From contig CANQCE010000002.1 in NCBI GenBank assembly GCA_947589655.1, forward strand, positions 1 to 32,269: 32,269 bases of DNA. The letters run 5' to 3'. The notes beneath the pieces are model-generated. The model saw only the letters and a list, made by a program, of their open reading frames with translations. It did not search any database and was not told the origin of the DNA. Within the stretch, counting starts at the first letter, position 1, and every line of letters starts with the position of its first letter. Shown here piece by piece: positions 19,148 to 27,541 of this stretch. A program made the position numbers and the translations under genes. This DNA is from an uncultured Clostridia bacterium. GTDB taxonomy: Bacteria; Bacillota; Clostridia; Christensenellales; UBA1242.

Positions 19148-19731
19148 TTTAATTTAGATAAATTTTTATATCTATTTGCAAGGGCGACACACTTTTGGTG
19201 TGCATCGTCCTTTTTTCTCGTTCCATCCATGCGTGAGTTTTTAAAATGCAGGCAAAAATGCCCAATAACGCCATTGCTTTGCACGCTATTGTATCCATGT
19301 GGATAAAGGCTTATGCTGGCAGGGATATAAGAATACTCATTAAGTTTCACAAGAACTGGGCGGCGCTGCCACGTAAAGTTAGAATTGCAAATTTCAGTTA
19401 TAAATTTAAAATCGGCATCCGAAATTGGCTCAATATCAAAATGATACAATCCGCCTGTGCGCACAGAGTTAAAATTTACGCCAGTTTGTATATCAAAAAC
19501 TTCAAATTGGCTGCCCACAGGCAAAATGGAATTCACACTTTTAAATTCCAGTGGCAACAATTGAACATTGTTGGCAGTTTTCGGTTGCAGTTCAATTTCG
19601 TGAAAATTATTTTGCTTATACACCACACTTTCTGGCACATTTGTGTAGTTTGAAAGCACAGGATATGGAAAAATTGCCGCAAAAATTGCACAAGACATTA
19701 AGAATGTGAAGATAAAAAAGATTTTTCGCAT
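19144..19731 (-). CDS. Hypothetical secreted protein or lipoprotein
   Basis: N-terminal hydrophobic leader MRKIFFIFTFLMSCAIF (possible lipobox LMSC). No clear SD. Its stop overlaps the stop of the GLUG gene by 4 nt (TTAA). Confidence 0.55.
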   Translation of the reverse strand: MRKIFFIFTFLMSCAIFAAIFPYPVLSNYTNVPESVVYKQNNFHEIELQPKTANNVQLLPLEFKSVNSILPVGSQFEVFDIQTGVNFNSVRTGGLYHFDIEPISDADFKFITEICNSNFTWQRRPVLVKLNEYSYIPASISLYPHGYNSVQSNGVIGHFCLHFKNSRMDGTRKKDDAHQKCVALANRYKNLSKLN

Positions 19732-19823
19732 GAAACTATTTTGTTTTATTAGTTCGTTTTAATTCAAGCCAAAACGCATTTTATTGATGTCATAAAAATT
19801 AGCGTTTTTAAATACTTTTTAAT

Positions 19824-20786
19824 ATGGCAAAAGTTTTTATGCTTGTTTTTTTGATTTTTGGCACGGTGGTGGGCTCGGGATTTTCCAGCGGCAAAGAGAT
19901 TATGGTGTTTTTCAGCCGCTTTGGCGCAATCTCTTATTTTTACATTGCTCTGGCAGGGCTGCTTTTCTTTGCGCTATTTTACTTTTTTCTTTCGCGCGGA
20001 AAAGCCATTTTGAAATGTCTGGAAAAATTTAAGTTCCTAAACATTTTTATCACCTTTAACAGCCTTATTTTTTGCGCATCTATGTTTGCAGGCTTAAAAA
20101 GTTTGTTCTCTTATTTTCCAACTTGGGCGGAGATTTTGCTGATTGCTTTTGTGCTTGTGCTATGTTTTGTTATCACTCTTAAAGGCATTGGGGGCTTGGA
20201 GAAAACAAATTTTTTTCTCATGCCACTTACAAGCGTGTTTTTTCTGGCGGTGCTTATTTTTGGCATGACGCAAAAAAGCGAATTTGTTTTTGAAACATCC
20301 ACTTGGGCAGGCTTTTTGTATAGCCCACTGTATGTTGCCTTGAACACTTGTATGAGCGGCATTGTGATTTGCAAGGTGGGTGACGGCCTAACAAAAAAAC
20401 AGACCTTTTTTGCAAGCCTGTTTTCATGTGCACTCCTTCTTGTTTTTCTTTTTTTAGGGAACTTTGTGCTTTTGTCCAGCGCCCAAATGTTGCACAGCGA
20501 AATGCCGTTTCTTTCCATTGCTTCGGCAAATCCTATATTTTTTTGCCTAGATTATTTTGTTATTTTGTCAGGTTGTTTTACAACATTAATTTCGCTTTGT
20601 TACACTCTTAAAATTTCTTTTGATAAACATATAGCAAAGCCCAAATTGTCCTGCCTTGCTGCCGTTTTAATTCCTTTTCTTTTAAGTGGAATTGGGTTTT
20701 CTGGGATTGTGTCTTTTCTTTATCCTATTTGCAGCGTTCTGGGCATATTTCTTCTTTGTTTTATGCTGTTTTACAGGGCAAATTAA
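19824..20786 (+). CDS. YkvI-family-like polytopic membrane protein (putative transporter)
   Basis: N-terminus FLIFGTVVGSGFSSGKEIMVFFSRFG matches the YkvI-type GAGFASGqEi..FF pattern as I recall it. About 9-10 TM helices. No SD. Confidence 0.6.
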   Translation: MAKVFMLVFLIFGTVVGSGFSSGKEIMVFFSRFGAISYFYIALAGLLFFALFYFFLSRGKAILKCLEKFKFLNIFITFNSLIFCASMFAGLKSLFSYFPTWAEILLIAFVLVLCFVITLKGIGGLEKTNFFLMPLTSVFFLAVLIFGMTQKSEFVFETSTWAGFLYSPLYVALNTCMSGIVICKVGDGLTKKQTFFASLFSCALLLVFLFLGNFVLLSSAQMLHSEMPFLSIASANPIFFCLDYFVILSGCFTTLISLCYTLKISFDKHIAKPKLSCLAAVLIPFLLSGIGFSGIVSFLYPICSVLGIFLLCFMLFYRAN

Positions 20787-21592
20787 CATTTGCTTTTAAC
20801 GCGTTTTTCAAGCAAACTTACAAGCGCATACATCACGAACGCAAGCAGGCAAAGTATGGTTGTGGCGGCCATTACAAGGTCAATTTTAAATATTTGTCCG
20901 CCATAGACAATCAAATAACCAAGTCCAGCCTTGCTGGTTAAATATTCTCCCATAATGCTGCCAACCCAACTCATGCCAACATTTATTTTAAGAACAGAAA
21001 CAAAGTCTGGCATGGCGTGCGGCAAAATTAATTTGGTGAAAATTTGGAATTTGCTGGCGTTCATAGAGCGTAAAAGCAGAATTTTTCCTTCCTCTACAGA
21101 TAAAAACGCTGAAAGCATGCTCATAACGGTTATAACAATGCAAATAAGCACACACATTGCCACAATGGCATTGGTTCCAGCACCTACCCACAAAATTATA
21201 ACAGGTCCAAGGGCGATTTTTGGCAGTGAGTTTAGCACCACAATATATGGTTCAAAAATTTTGCGAACTTTCTCGTTCCACCACAGCAGCACTGCTATTA
21301 TATATCCTGCCACAGTGGCTATTGCAAAGCCTATCAGTGTTTCGTATAAAGTTATCCAACTGTGTGTTAAAAGGGTGCCGTTTTTGGCAAGGGTTATTAT
21401 TTGCGAGACTATTCGTGATGGGCAACTAACAAAAAATGGGTCAATCACTTTTGTTTGTGCGAACAGTTCCCATAAACCAATAAAGGCAACAAGGATAAAA
21501 ATTCTGAAAAATATTATTAAAAACTTATTGCGTTTCAGCCTTTTTACATATTCTTTGTGCGCCTTGGTAAAATTAACTTGTTTTTTCTTCAT
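20783..21592 (-). CDS. ABC transporter permease (NitT/TauT/SsuC-type)
   Basis: BPD-transporter core SLPKIALGPVIILWVGAG, and ILPHAMPDFVSVLKINVGMSWVGSIMGEYL. ATG 21592 follows GGAGG and overlaps the end of the ATPase gene by 20 nt. Confidence 0.85.
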   Translation of the reverse strand: MKKKQVNFTKAHKEYVKRLKRNKFLIIFFRIFILVAFIGLWELFAQTKVIDPFFVSCPSRIVSQIITLAKNGTLLTHSWITLYETLIGFAIATVAGYIIAVLLWWNEKVRKIFEPYIVVLNSLPKIALGPVIILWVGAGTNAIVAMCVLICIVITVMSMLSAFLSVEEGKILLLRSMNASKFQIFTKLILPHAMPDFVSVLKINVGMSWVGSIMGEYLTSKAGLGYLIVYGGQIFKIDLVMAATTILCLLAFVMYALVSLLEKRVKSKC

Positions 21593-22343
21593 TTTTAAGT
21601 TGCCTCCATATATACTCAAAAAGTCCGTTAAAGCGTTCATCCTCTCGTTTTTTAAACGAAGTTTTGCCAACTAGCGAAGGCACAAGGGTGTCTTTCACTG
21701 TGGCAGGGCGACTGGACAGTATTATAATTTTGTCCGACATTGAAAGCGCCTCGGAGATATCGTGCGTTACAAGCATGGCGGTTTTTTTCTCGCTTTTGAT
21801 AATTTGATAAACATCATCACAAACGGACAGACGCGTTTGATAGTCAAGCGCAGAAAATGGCTCGTCAAGCAGCAAAAGTTTTGGCTCTAATGCCAGTGTG
21901 CGTATAAGGGCAACACGCTGGCGCATTCCGCCTGAAAGTGAACGCGGCTTTTGGTCTTTAAAGGCGTAAAGGTCGTATTTTTTTAAAAGTTCCTCTGCCA
22001 AAGCCAGTTTTTCTTCCATATTTTTTGGCTTTTGAATTTCCAACCCCAACTTAATATTTTTCCAAACAGTGCGCCACTCGAATAAAAAATCTTTTTGGAA
22101 CATATATCCAATCTTTTTTCGGTCTATTTGCTCATAACCATCCAAAAGAATTTTTCCAGAAGTTGGCTTTAAAAGCCCTGCGGTTAATGAAAGTATTGTG
22201 GTCTTTCCACATCCGCTGGGTCCAACAATTGATACAAAATGTTCCTTTTCAATGTCAAAACACACATCTTTAAGTGCAAAAATCTCGTCTGTTTTGGTCT
22301 GATAATAAAAATTAACATTGTCAAATTTTAAAATGTTCTCCAT
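21573..22343 (-). CDS. ABC transporter ATP-binding protein (nitrate/sulfonate/taurine-type)
   Basis: Walker A GPSGCGKTT, signature LSGGMRQRVALIRTL, Walker B LLLLDEPFSALD, H-loop VTHD. Confidence 0.9.
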   Translation of the reverse strand: MENILKFDNVNFYYQTKTDEIFALKDVCFDIEKEHFVSIVGPSGCGKTTILSLTAGLLKPTSGKILLDGYEQIDRKKIGYMFQKDFLFEWRTVWKNIKLGLEIQKPKNMEEKLALAEELLKKYDLYAFKDQKPRSLSGGMRQRVALIRTLALEPKLLLLDEPFSALDYQTRLSVCDDVYQIIKSEKKTAMLVTHDISEALSMSDKIIILSSRPATVKDTLVPSLVGKTSFKKREDERFNGLFEYIWRQLKNEEKTS

Positions 22344-22366
22344 AAGTTAAAGTCCTTTACAAATAC

Positions 22367-22395
22367 ATTTTATTTTGGGCGGAAATTTTTGTGAA
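22367..22395 (-). promoter_or_regulatory. Candidate promoter of the ABC operon
   Basis: On the minus strand: TTCACA (reverse complement of 22390-22395), 17-nt spacer, TAAAAT (reverse complement of 22367-22372). Confidence 0.4.
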
Positions 22396-22419
22396 AAGGA
22401 CATTTTTTGGCATATTTTG

Positions 22420-22448
22420 TTGAAAAACTGATTTTTGCGATGTATTAT
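22420..22448 (+). promoter_or_regulatory. Sigma-70-type promoter of the phage-derived operon
   Basis: TTGAAA (22420-22425), 17-nt spacer, TATTAT (22443-22448). GAGGGGG SD and ATG 22472 lie downstream. Confidence 0.5.
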
Positions 22449-22471
22449 GTTCGCAAAGTTGTGAGGGGGTT

Positions 22472-22750
22472 ATGGACGAAGACGAAATTTTGCAGATGCT
22501 TAAGAAAAAGGCTTTGGGCTTTGTTTCTGATGAGATTGTGGAGGAATATTGTCAGGACAAAAACGGAGAGCAAGTGCTTTGCAAGCGCAAGGTTACAAAA
22601 AAGGTCAATCCGCCCGATTTTTCCGCTTTAAAATTTTTGCTGGAACGTGGCGAACTTGATGATGACATTTCCAAAATGACAGATGAGCAACTTTTGCGTG
22701 AAAAAGAGCGGCTTTTACAACTTTTAAAAGAAAAGGAGAACAAAAAATGA
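22472..22750 (+). CDS. Putative phage terminase small subunit-like protein
   Basis: 92 aa. KKKALGFVSDEIVEEY...KKVNPPDFSALKFLLER plus a coiled-coil tail resembles small-terminase proteins of Firmicutes phages as I recall them. It sits at the first position of the packaging operon. Confidence 0.5.
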   Translation: MDEDEILQMLKKKALGFVSDEIVEEYCQDKNGEQVLCKRKVTKKVNPPDFSALKFLLERGELDDDISKMTDEQLLREKERLLQLLKEKENKK

Positions 22751-22962
22751 AAATGACAAAGTGCAGAAGTGACCTTAAATGTGATTTCTATGGCTGCAAA
22801 AACAATGCCAAATATGCTTTTAGCACAAAAGGCTTCATCCGCAAAGAACTGGTTTTTTGCGAGGATTGCATGAAAAGCATGTTCGAGTGTTTTTCCAAAA
22901 ACCTTGTGCCAAAGGGAGTGGAATCGGCATTTAAAGGCAAAAGAAAAAAGGAGAATTTATGA
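22747..22962 (+). CDS. Small Cys-rich (zinc-ribbon-like) protein
   Basis: 71 aa with seven Cys residues (C-x6-C-x4-C...C-x2-C-x6-C). ATG overlaps the upstream TGA, and its stop overlaps the portal ATG. Confidence 0.5.
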   Translation: MKMTKCRSDLKCDFYGCKNNAKYAFSTKGFIRKELVFCEDCMKSMFECFSKNLVPKGVESAFKGKRKKENL

Positions 22963-24866
22963 AAAAAGAAAAAGACATTGTAAAAGAAACCCTTCAAGAT
23001 TTTGAAAACAGAATTTTGCAGCGAAAACCATTTGAAAGCCAGTGGCTGTTAAACATGAATTTTTACATGGGGAATCAGTTTTGTGATATAGGCTATGGCG
23101 GGGCGGTTCGCGAACTTGACAAGCAATATTTTTGGCAGGAGAGAGAGGTTTTCAATCACATAGCACCAATAATTGACATCCGCATGGCAAAACTTTCAAA
23201 ACTTAAACCAAAAATGCATGTTGTGCCAGCAACAGATGATGCGCAAGATGTTTACACGGCAAAGGTTGGCAAAAAAATTCTGCAGGCAACATCCAACAAG
23301 GTGAACCTTATAGCCAAATGCAATCAAGCAACCAAATGGAGTGAAATTTGTGGGACAAGTTTCTTTAAGGTGACATGGAACTCTAACCTTGGGCAAGTGG
23401 TTGCCATTGAAGACGATGGAAGAAAAATAAAAACTGGCGATATTGAGGTTTCTGTTTGCTCACCATTTGAAATTTATCCAGATTCCGCCACGCATGAAAC
23501 TTTGGAGGATTGCCAAAGTTTAATTCATGCAAGGGCATATACCTCCGAGCAGGTTAAGCAAATGTTTGGCGTGGAAGTGGAAGGCAAAGATGTCAATGTG
23601 TTTTCGCTTGACGGAATAAGCAGCTCTTTGGGTGGACTTGGTTATTCTGGACTTGCCACAAGGGTTATTGAAACCATTAAGCACGATAGCGTTATTGTGC
23701 TTGAAAAATATGTTAAGCCAAACGCTGATTACCCTAATGGGCGGCTGATAATCATTGCTGGCGACAAATTGGTTTACGAGGGCGATATGCCTTACATAAA
23801 TGGCGTTGACGGCAAGCGTGAATTTCCTTTTGTGCGTCAAATTTGCAGCGAAGAAGTTGGCAATTTTTGGGGAGTTTCTATGATTTCTCGCCTTATTCCA
23901 GTGCAGCGAGCGTTTAACGCGGTCAAAAACCGAAAACACGAATATATAAATCGTTTGACGATGGGTGTTTTGGCAGTTGAAGATGGCAGCGTTGATATGG
24001 ACAATCTGGAAGAAGAAGGCTTGGCACCGGGGAAGATTTTGGTTTACAGACAGGGGGCAAACCCTCCAAAGTTCTTGGGCGGAGAAAGTGTTCCTACCGA
24101 TTTTGAAAAGGAAGAACAAGAACTTTTGGACGAGTTCTCCAAACTTGGCGGAACCAGCGAGATAGGCACAATGGAGGCGATGTCGCAATCAATTTTTGGT
24201 GTTGCTCTTGAACTTTTGATAGATGAAAACGAAAGCAGGCTCATTTTTACAACCGACAGCATGAAATCCGCCATAAAAACAGTGGCAAAGCATATTTTAA
24301 GGCTTTACAAACAATTTGCAACCTTTCCAAGGCTGTTGAAGGTTGTGGGCGAGAATGGCGATTTTGAAGTGCTTTATTTCCAGAGCAGCGATATTTCAAG
24401 CGATGATGTGCAATTTGATACCGACAACGAAAATAACAACACTTTGTCTCAGCGCCGCGAAATGATTTTTTCGCTTTTGGATAAAGGGCTTTTGCAGGAC
24501 GAAAATGGGAAAATAACGGCATCAATGAAGAACAAAATTCTGCAAAATATTGGCTTTGGCGTCGGCATATTCCGCCATGTCTTTGTGATAATCGAGATGG
24601 TTGGGGGAGAGATTGGTTTTGGCGTTTGGGATAGCAGTGTTGATTTAAGCGAACTTCAAACCAAAAATGCGGACATGGAAAATGTTAGGATGGCAGAGGG
24701 CAAAGATGTGCCAGTTAAAGAGATTGACCAACACGCTTTGCATATAACTCAGCATACTGCATATATGCTTAAAAACATTTATAGCAAAGAAAATGTGAAC
24801 GGCAAAGTTGAACAGAAGTTTTTAGAGCATATAAAGGCGCATAAAGCCGCATTGAAAGAAGAATAA
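22959..24866 (+). CDS. Phage portal protein
   Basis: AAGGAGA SD. N-terminal W.LNMNFYMGNQF portal signature, 635 aa, positioned directly before scaffold and capsid. C-terminal DQHALHITQHTAYM block. Confidence 0.85.
   Translation: MKKEKDIVKETLQDFENRILQRKPFESQWLLNMNFYMGNQFCDIGYGGAVRELDKQYFWQEREVFNHIAPIIDIRMAKLSKLKPKMHVVPATDDAQDVYTAKVGKKILQATSNKVNLIAKCNQATKWSEICGTSFFKVTWNSNLGQVVAIEDDGRKIKTGDIEVSVCSPFEIYPDSATHETLEDCQSLIHARAYTSEQVKQMFGVEVEGKDVNVFSLDGISSSLGGLGYSGLATRVIETIKHDSVIVLEKYVKPNADYPNGRLIIIAGDKLVYEGDMPYINGVDGKREFPFVRQICSEEVGNFWGVSMISRLIPVQRAFNAVKNRKHEYINRLTMGVLAVEDGSVDMDNLEEEGLAPGKILVYRQGANPPKFLGGESVPTDFEKEEQELLDEFSKLGGTSEIGTMEAMSQSIFGVALELLIDENESRLIFTTDSMKSAIKTVAKHILRLYKQFATFPRLLKVVGENGDFEVLYFQSSDISSDDVQFDTDNENNNTLSQRREMIFSLLDKGLLQDENGKITASMKNKILQNIGFGVGIFRHVFVIIEMVGGEIGFGVWDSSVDLSELQTKNADMENVRMAEGKDVPVKEIDQHALHITQHTAYMLKNIYSKENVNGKVEQKFLEHIKAHKAALKEE
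24549..24625 (+). repeat. 14-bp direct repeats (13/14 identical) flanking a 49-nt spacer; a 63-bp in-frame insertion in the portal gene
   Basis: ATTGGCTTTGGCGT at 24549-24562 and ATTGGTTTTGGCGT at 24612-24625. The protein reads NIGFGV-GIFRHVFVIIEMVGGE-IGFGVW. Confidence 0.85.
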
Positions 24867-24877
24867 AGGAGAATTTT

Positions 24878-25492
24878 ATGGAAGAAGAAATAAAAAACGA
24901 GGAACAACCGAACATTGAACCTTCTGTGGAAGAAAATGTTACAGGCTCCTCAAGTGAACAAGCCGAAGTTGCTGACAAGGGAGAAGTTAAAGCAGAAAGG
25001 GGCGTTCCCATTGGTAAATTTAAAAACGCAGAGGAACTTCTTAAAGCCTATAACAACTTGGAGGCCGAGTTCACAAAGAAAAGTCAAAAATTATCCAGTT
25101 TAATGAAAGACAAAATGGAAGAAAAGCCAGATGATGCTTTTAAAACATTCCTTTCAAAAAACCAAGAGGCGGCATGTTATGCTGAAGAACTGCAAAACCG
25201 AATTGGCGAACAAGATAATGTTGACGAGGCGGCTTATCAGCGTGCTTGGGAGGGGCTTTTATACGAAAAACTGACCTCTAATAACAGAGCAAGCGAGCCG
25301 TTTGTTAAAAACTTAGTTAAAGATGACTCTATTCAGCAGATGGTCATCAAAGATTACTTGAAAGCACTTGCAGCCAAACAGGCGCCAGTGGTTATGGCAT
25401 CGCAAAACGGAGAACATATCACAAAAAACGTTCAAGAAAAGCCAGACACCTTTGATGCGGCTAAAAAAGTGGTTATGCAAATGCTTTCTTAA
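24878..25492 (+). CDS. Phage capsid scaffolding protein
   Basis: Acidic N-terminus, then GKFKNAEELLKAYNNLEAEFTKKSQKL, which is typical of Firmicutes phage scaffold proteins. Helical. Located between portal and capsid. Confidence 0.75.
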   Translation: MEEEIKNEEQPNIEPSVEENVTGSSSEQAEVADKGEVKAERGVPIGKFKNAEELLKAYNNLEAEFTKKSQKLSSLMKDKMEEKPDDAFKTFLSKNQEAACYAEELQNRIGEQDNVDEAAYQRAWEGLLYEKLTSNNRASEPFVKNLVKDDSIQQMVIKDYLKALAAKQAPVVMASQNGEHITKNVQEKPDTFDAAKKVVMQMLS

Positions 25493-25512
25493 AAACAAAA
25501 AGGAGAAAAAAC

Positions 25513-26673
25513 ATGATAACTTTATCAAGTGCAGAAAATGTGCTTAAAGATGTTTATTTGGGTGTTATTGCAGACCAAATAAACACAAAAACAAATCCTC
25601 TTTTTGCCAGAATTAGAAAAAGCACAAGAAACATTGTTGGCAAAGAGGTAAGAGTTGTTGCACCTATTGGCATCAACGGCGGAATTATGGCAGGAACAGA
25701 AGACGACACACTCCCAGAAGGGGTTGATACACCATATCTTTCTTTTGTTGCACCACTTAAAAACCTTTATGGAAAATTTGAAATTAGCGACAAAGCCATA
25801 CGTTGCTCGTCAACAGATGTAAACTCTTTTGTAAATCTTTTGCAAGATGGCATGGACAGCCTGCTTAAAGCAAGCATATTTAACCTTTCCAGAATGCTTT
25901 ATGGCGATGGCACAGGCCTGCTTGGAACAATCAAAGAATTCACTTTGCCAACGGCAACTGTTAGCAATGTGGAAAGTTTTGCCCCAGGCATGTATGTTGA
26001 TATTTACACAGGTGAAAGCCTTACTGAAGCAAAAGTGTATGTAAAAGCAGTGGACAAAGCCGCAAAGAAAGTTACTTTTGGCTCTGGGACAACCTTTACC
26101 GCTGACGATAAAATTTATGTTCACAAATCTAAGAACAACGAAATTGTTGGCTTGAAAGGGATTGTTTCAAACACATCTTTGTATGGCGTTAAAAGAGCAG
26201 ACTATCCTGTAATCAATGCAAAAACTTACACTGCTTCCGATGAGGCCTTTGATGAAAACTTTGTTCAAAAGATTATTGATGAACTTGAAATGAACGGAAC
26301 GGCAGTTAACTTTATCAACTGCTCTTACGAACTTAAAAGATTGTATCAACAATACATGACATACTATAACAAAAACATTGAATTTACAACATTAGAAGAT
26401 GGAACAAGGGTTATCACACACCTTGGGACACCAATTGTCCCAACCAACCATGTTGATGCAGGCGAGTGCTATTTCCTGAACACTGACGACTTTGTATTCT
26501 ATGAACTTGGTGATTGGAAATGGCTTGAAGACGAACAAGGCAGAATTTTAAAACAATTTGCTGATAAGCCAGCTTACTCTGCAACACTTGTTAAATATAC
26601 GGAACTTGTTTGCCATAAGCCATCTGGTGTTGGTTTTGTTAGCAATTTAAAAACAACTATGCCAGAGGTATAA
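25513..26673 (+). CDS. Phage major capsid protein (HK97-fold type presumed)
   Basis: AAAGGAGA SD, 386 aa, positioned after the scaffold gene. N-terminal LKDVYLGVIADQINTKTNPLFARI is capsid-like. Confidence 0.8.
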   Translation: MITLSSAENVLKDVYLGVIADQINTKTNPLFARIRKSTRNIVGKEVRVVAPIGINGGIMAGTEDDTLPEGVDTPYLSFVAPLKNLYGKFEISDKAIRCSSTDVNSFVNLLQDGMDSLLKASIFNLSRMLYGDGTGLLGTIKEFTLPTATVSNVESFAPGMYVDIYTGESLTEAKVYVKAVDKAAKKVTFGSGTTFTADDKIYVHKSKNNEIVGLKGIVSNTSLYGVKRADYPVINAKTYTASDEAFDENFVQKIIDELEMNGTAVNFINCSYELKRLYQQYMTYYNKNIEFTTLEDGTRVITHLGTPIVPTNHVDAGECYFLNTDDFVFYELGDWKWLEDEQGRILKQFADKPAYSATLVKYTELVCHKPSGVGFVSNLKTTMPEV

Positions 26674-26676
26674 AAA

Positions 26677-26994
26677 ATGAAAAAGTCATTTGAAATTGAA
26701 AGCGATTGCTTGGACATTGTAAAGCGGCTTAAAAGCATTGATAAAGATTATTTTGTGGTGTATAACTTACAAAAGCAGGCTTTTGAACTGCACAGCCACG
26801 CACAAAGAATAACTTATTGCCTTACTTTTCCGTATGAAACTTTGGACGAGCGTGCAATTGTTTTAACTTTAAAAACGCGTGTTCAAAACAGCGATGCTTT
26901 GTTCGCCGAAATGGAAGCGGACAATGAAAGGCTACGCCAAGCAAAAATTGCCCAAGTTTTTAATGACTTTAAGGAGAAACTTTATGACAGTTAA
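26677..26994 (+). CDS. Hypothetical phage-module protein (105 aa)
   Basis: Tightly coupled ORF following the capsid gene. Confidence 0.5.
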   Translation: MKKSFEIESDCLDIVKRLKSIDKDYFVVYNLQKQAFELHSHAQRITYCLTFPYETLDERAIVLTLKTRVQNSDALFAEMEADNERLRQAKIAQVFNDFKEKLYDS

Positions 26995-27541
26995 AGACAT
27001 TATAAAATTGGTTTGTGATTTTGTGGGAGAGGGTGACATTGCGCAAAAGTTGACCTTAAAGCAGGCGCTTTCCGCCGCTGAGCGGAGGAAGGTGGAACAG
27101 ATGACAAACTGCTTTAACCTTGTAAATCAGGAGATTGCAAGTGACTATTTGCCGCTTTTAAAGAAAGAAACTTTAAAGGAAGAAACTTCCATGATTAATT
27201 TTGCCGATTTAACCGAAACTGTTGTGCATATTTTGGAGATAAAAAACCGCTTTGGAATTAGCCTGAAATTCAGGCTTTTTCCAAATTATGCGGAAATTTC
27301 TGGCCGTGCCAAAACGGTTGTTTACAGTTTTCTGCCAAAAGAGCTTACGCAGGAGAGCGAAATTGAAATGCTCTGCGGATTAAGCCCAAGAATTTATGCA
27401 TATGGCGTTGCCAGTGAATACCTTTTAATTGACGGCTTAACCGATGACGCAGAAATTTGGGAAGAAAGGTTTAAAGAAAGTTTGTTTATGCTTTCAAGAA
27501 AGTCTGGCGAGCACCGCTTGCCACGCAGGAAATGGCTATGA
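26984..27541 (+). CDS. Putative head-completion/adaptor protein (185 aa)
   Basis: ATG 26984 follows AAGGAGA (26971-26977) and overlaps the upstream gene by 11 nt. Size and position match adaptor proteins in P22/T7-like gene order. The function is inferred from position only. Confidence 0.5.
   Translation: MTVKDIIKLVCDFVGEGDIAQKLTLKQALSAAERRKVEQMTNCFNLVNQEIASDYLPLLKKETLKEETSMINFADLTETVVHILEIKNRFGISLKFRLFPNYAEISGRAKTVVYSFLPKELTQESEIEMLCGLSPRIYAYGVASEYLLIDGLTDDAEIWEERFKESLFMLSRKSGEHRLPRRKWL

Noticed and set aside
22344-22471. TPP or other riboswitch in the leader of the NitT/TauT-type ABC operon
   Set aside because: The reverse-complement leader is short and lacks the conserved CUGAGA / ACCUGAUCUGGAUAAUGCCAGCG-type elements. 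There is no convincing multi-stem structure.
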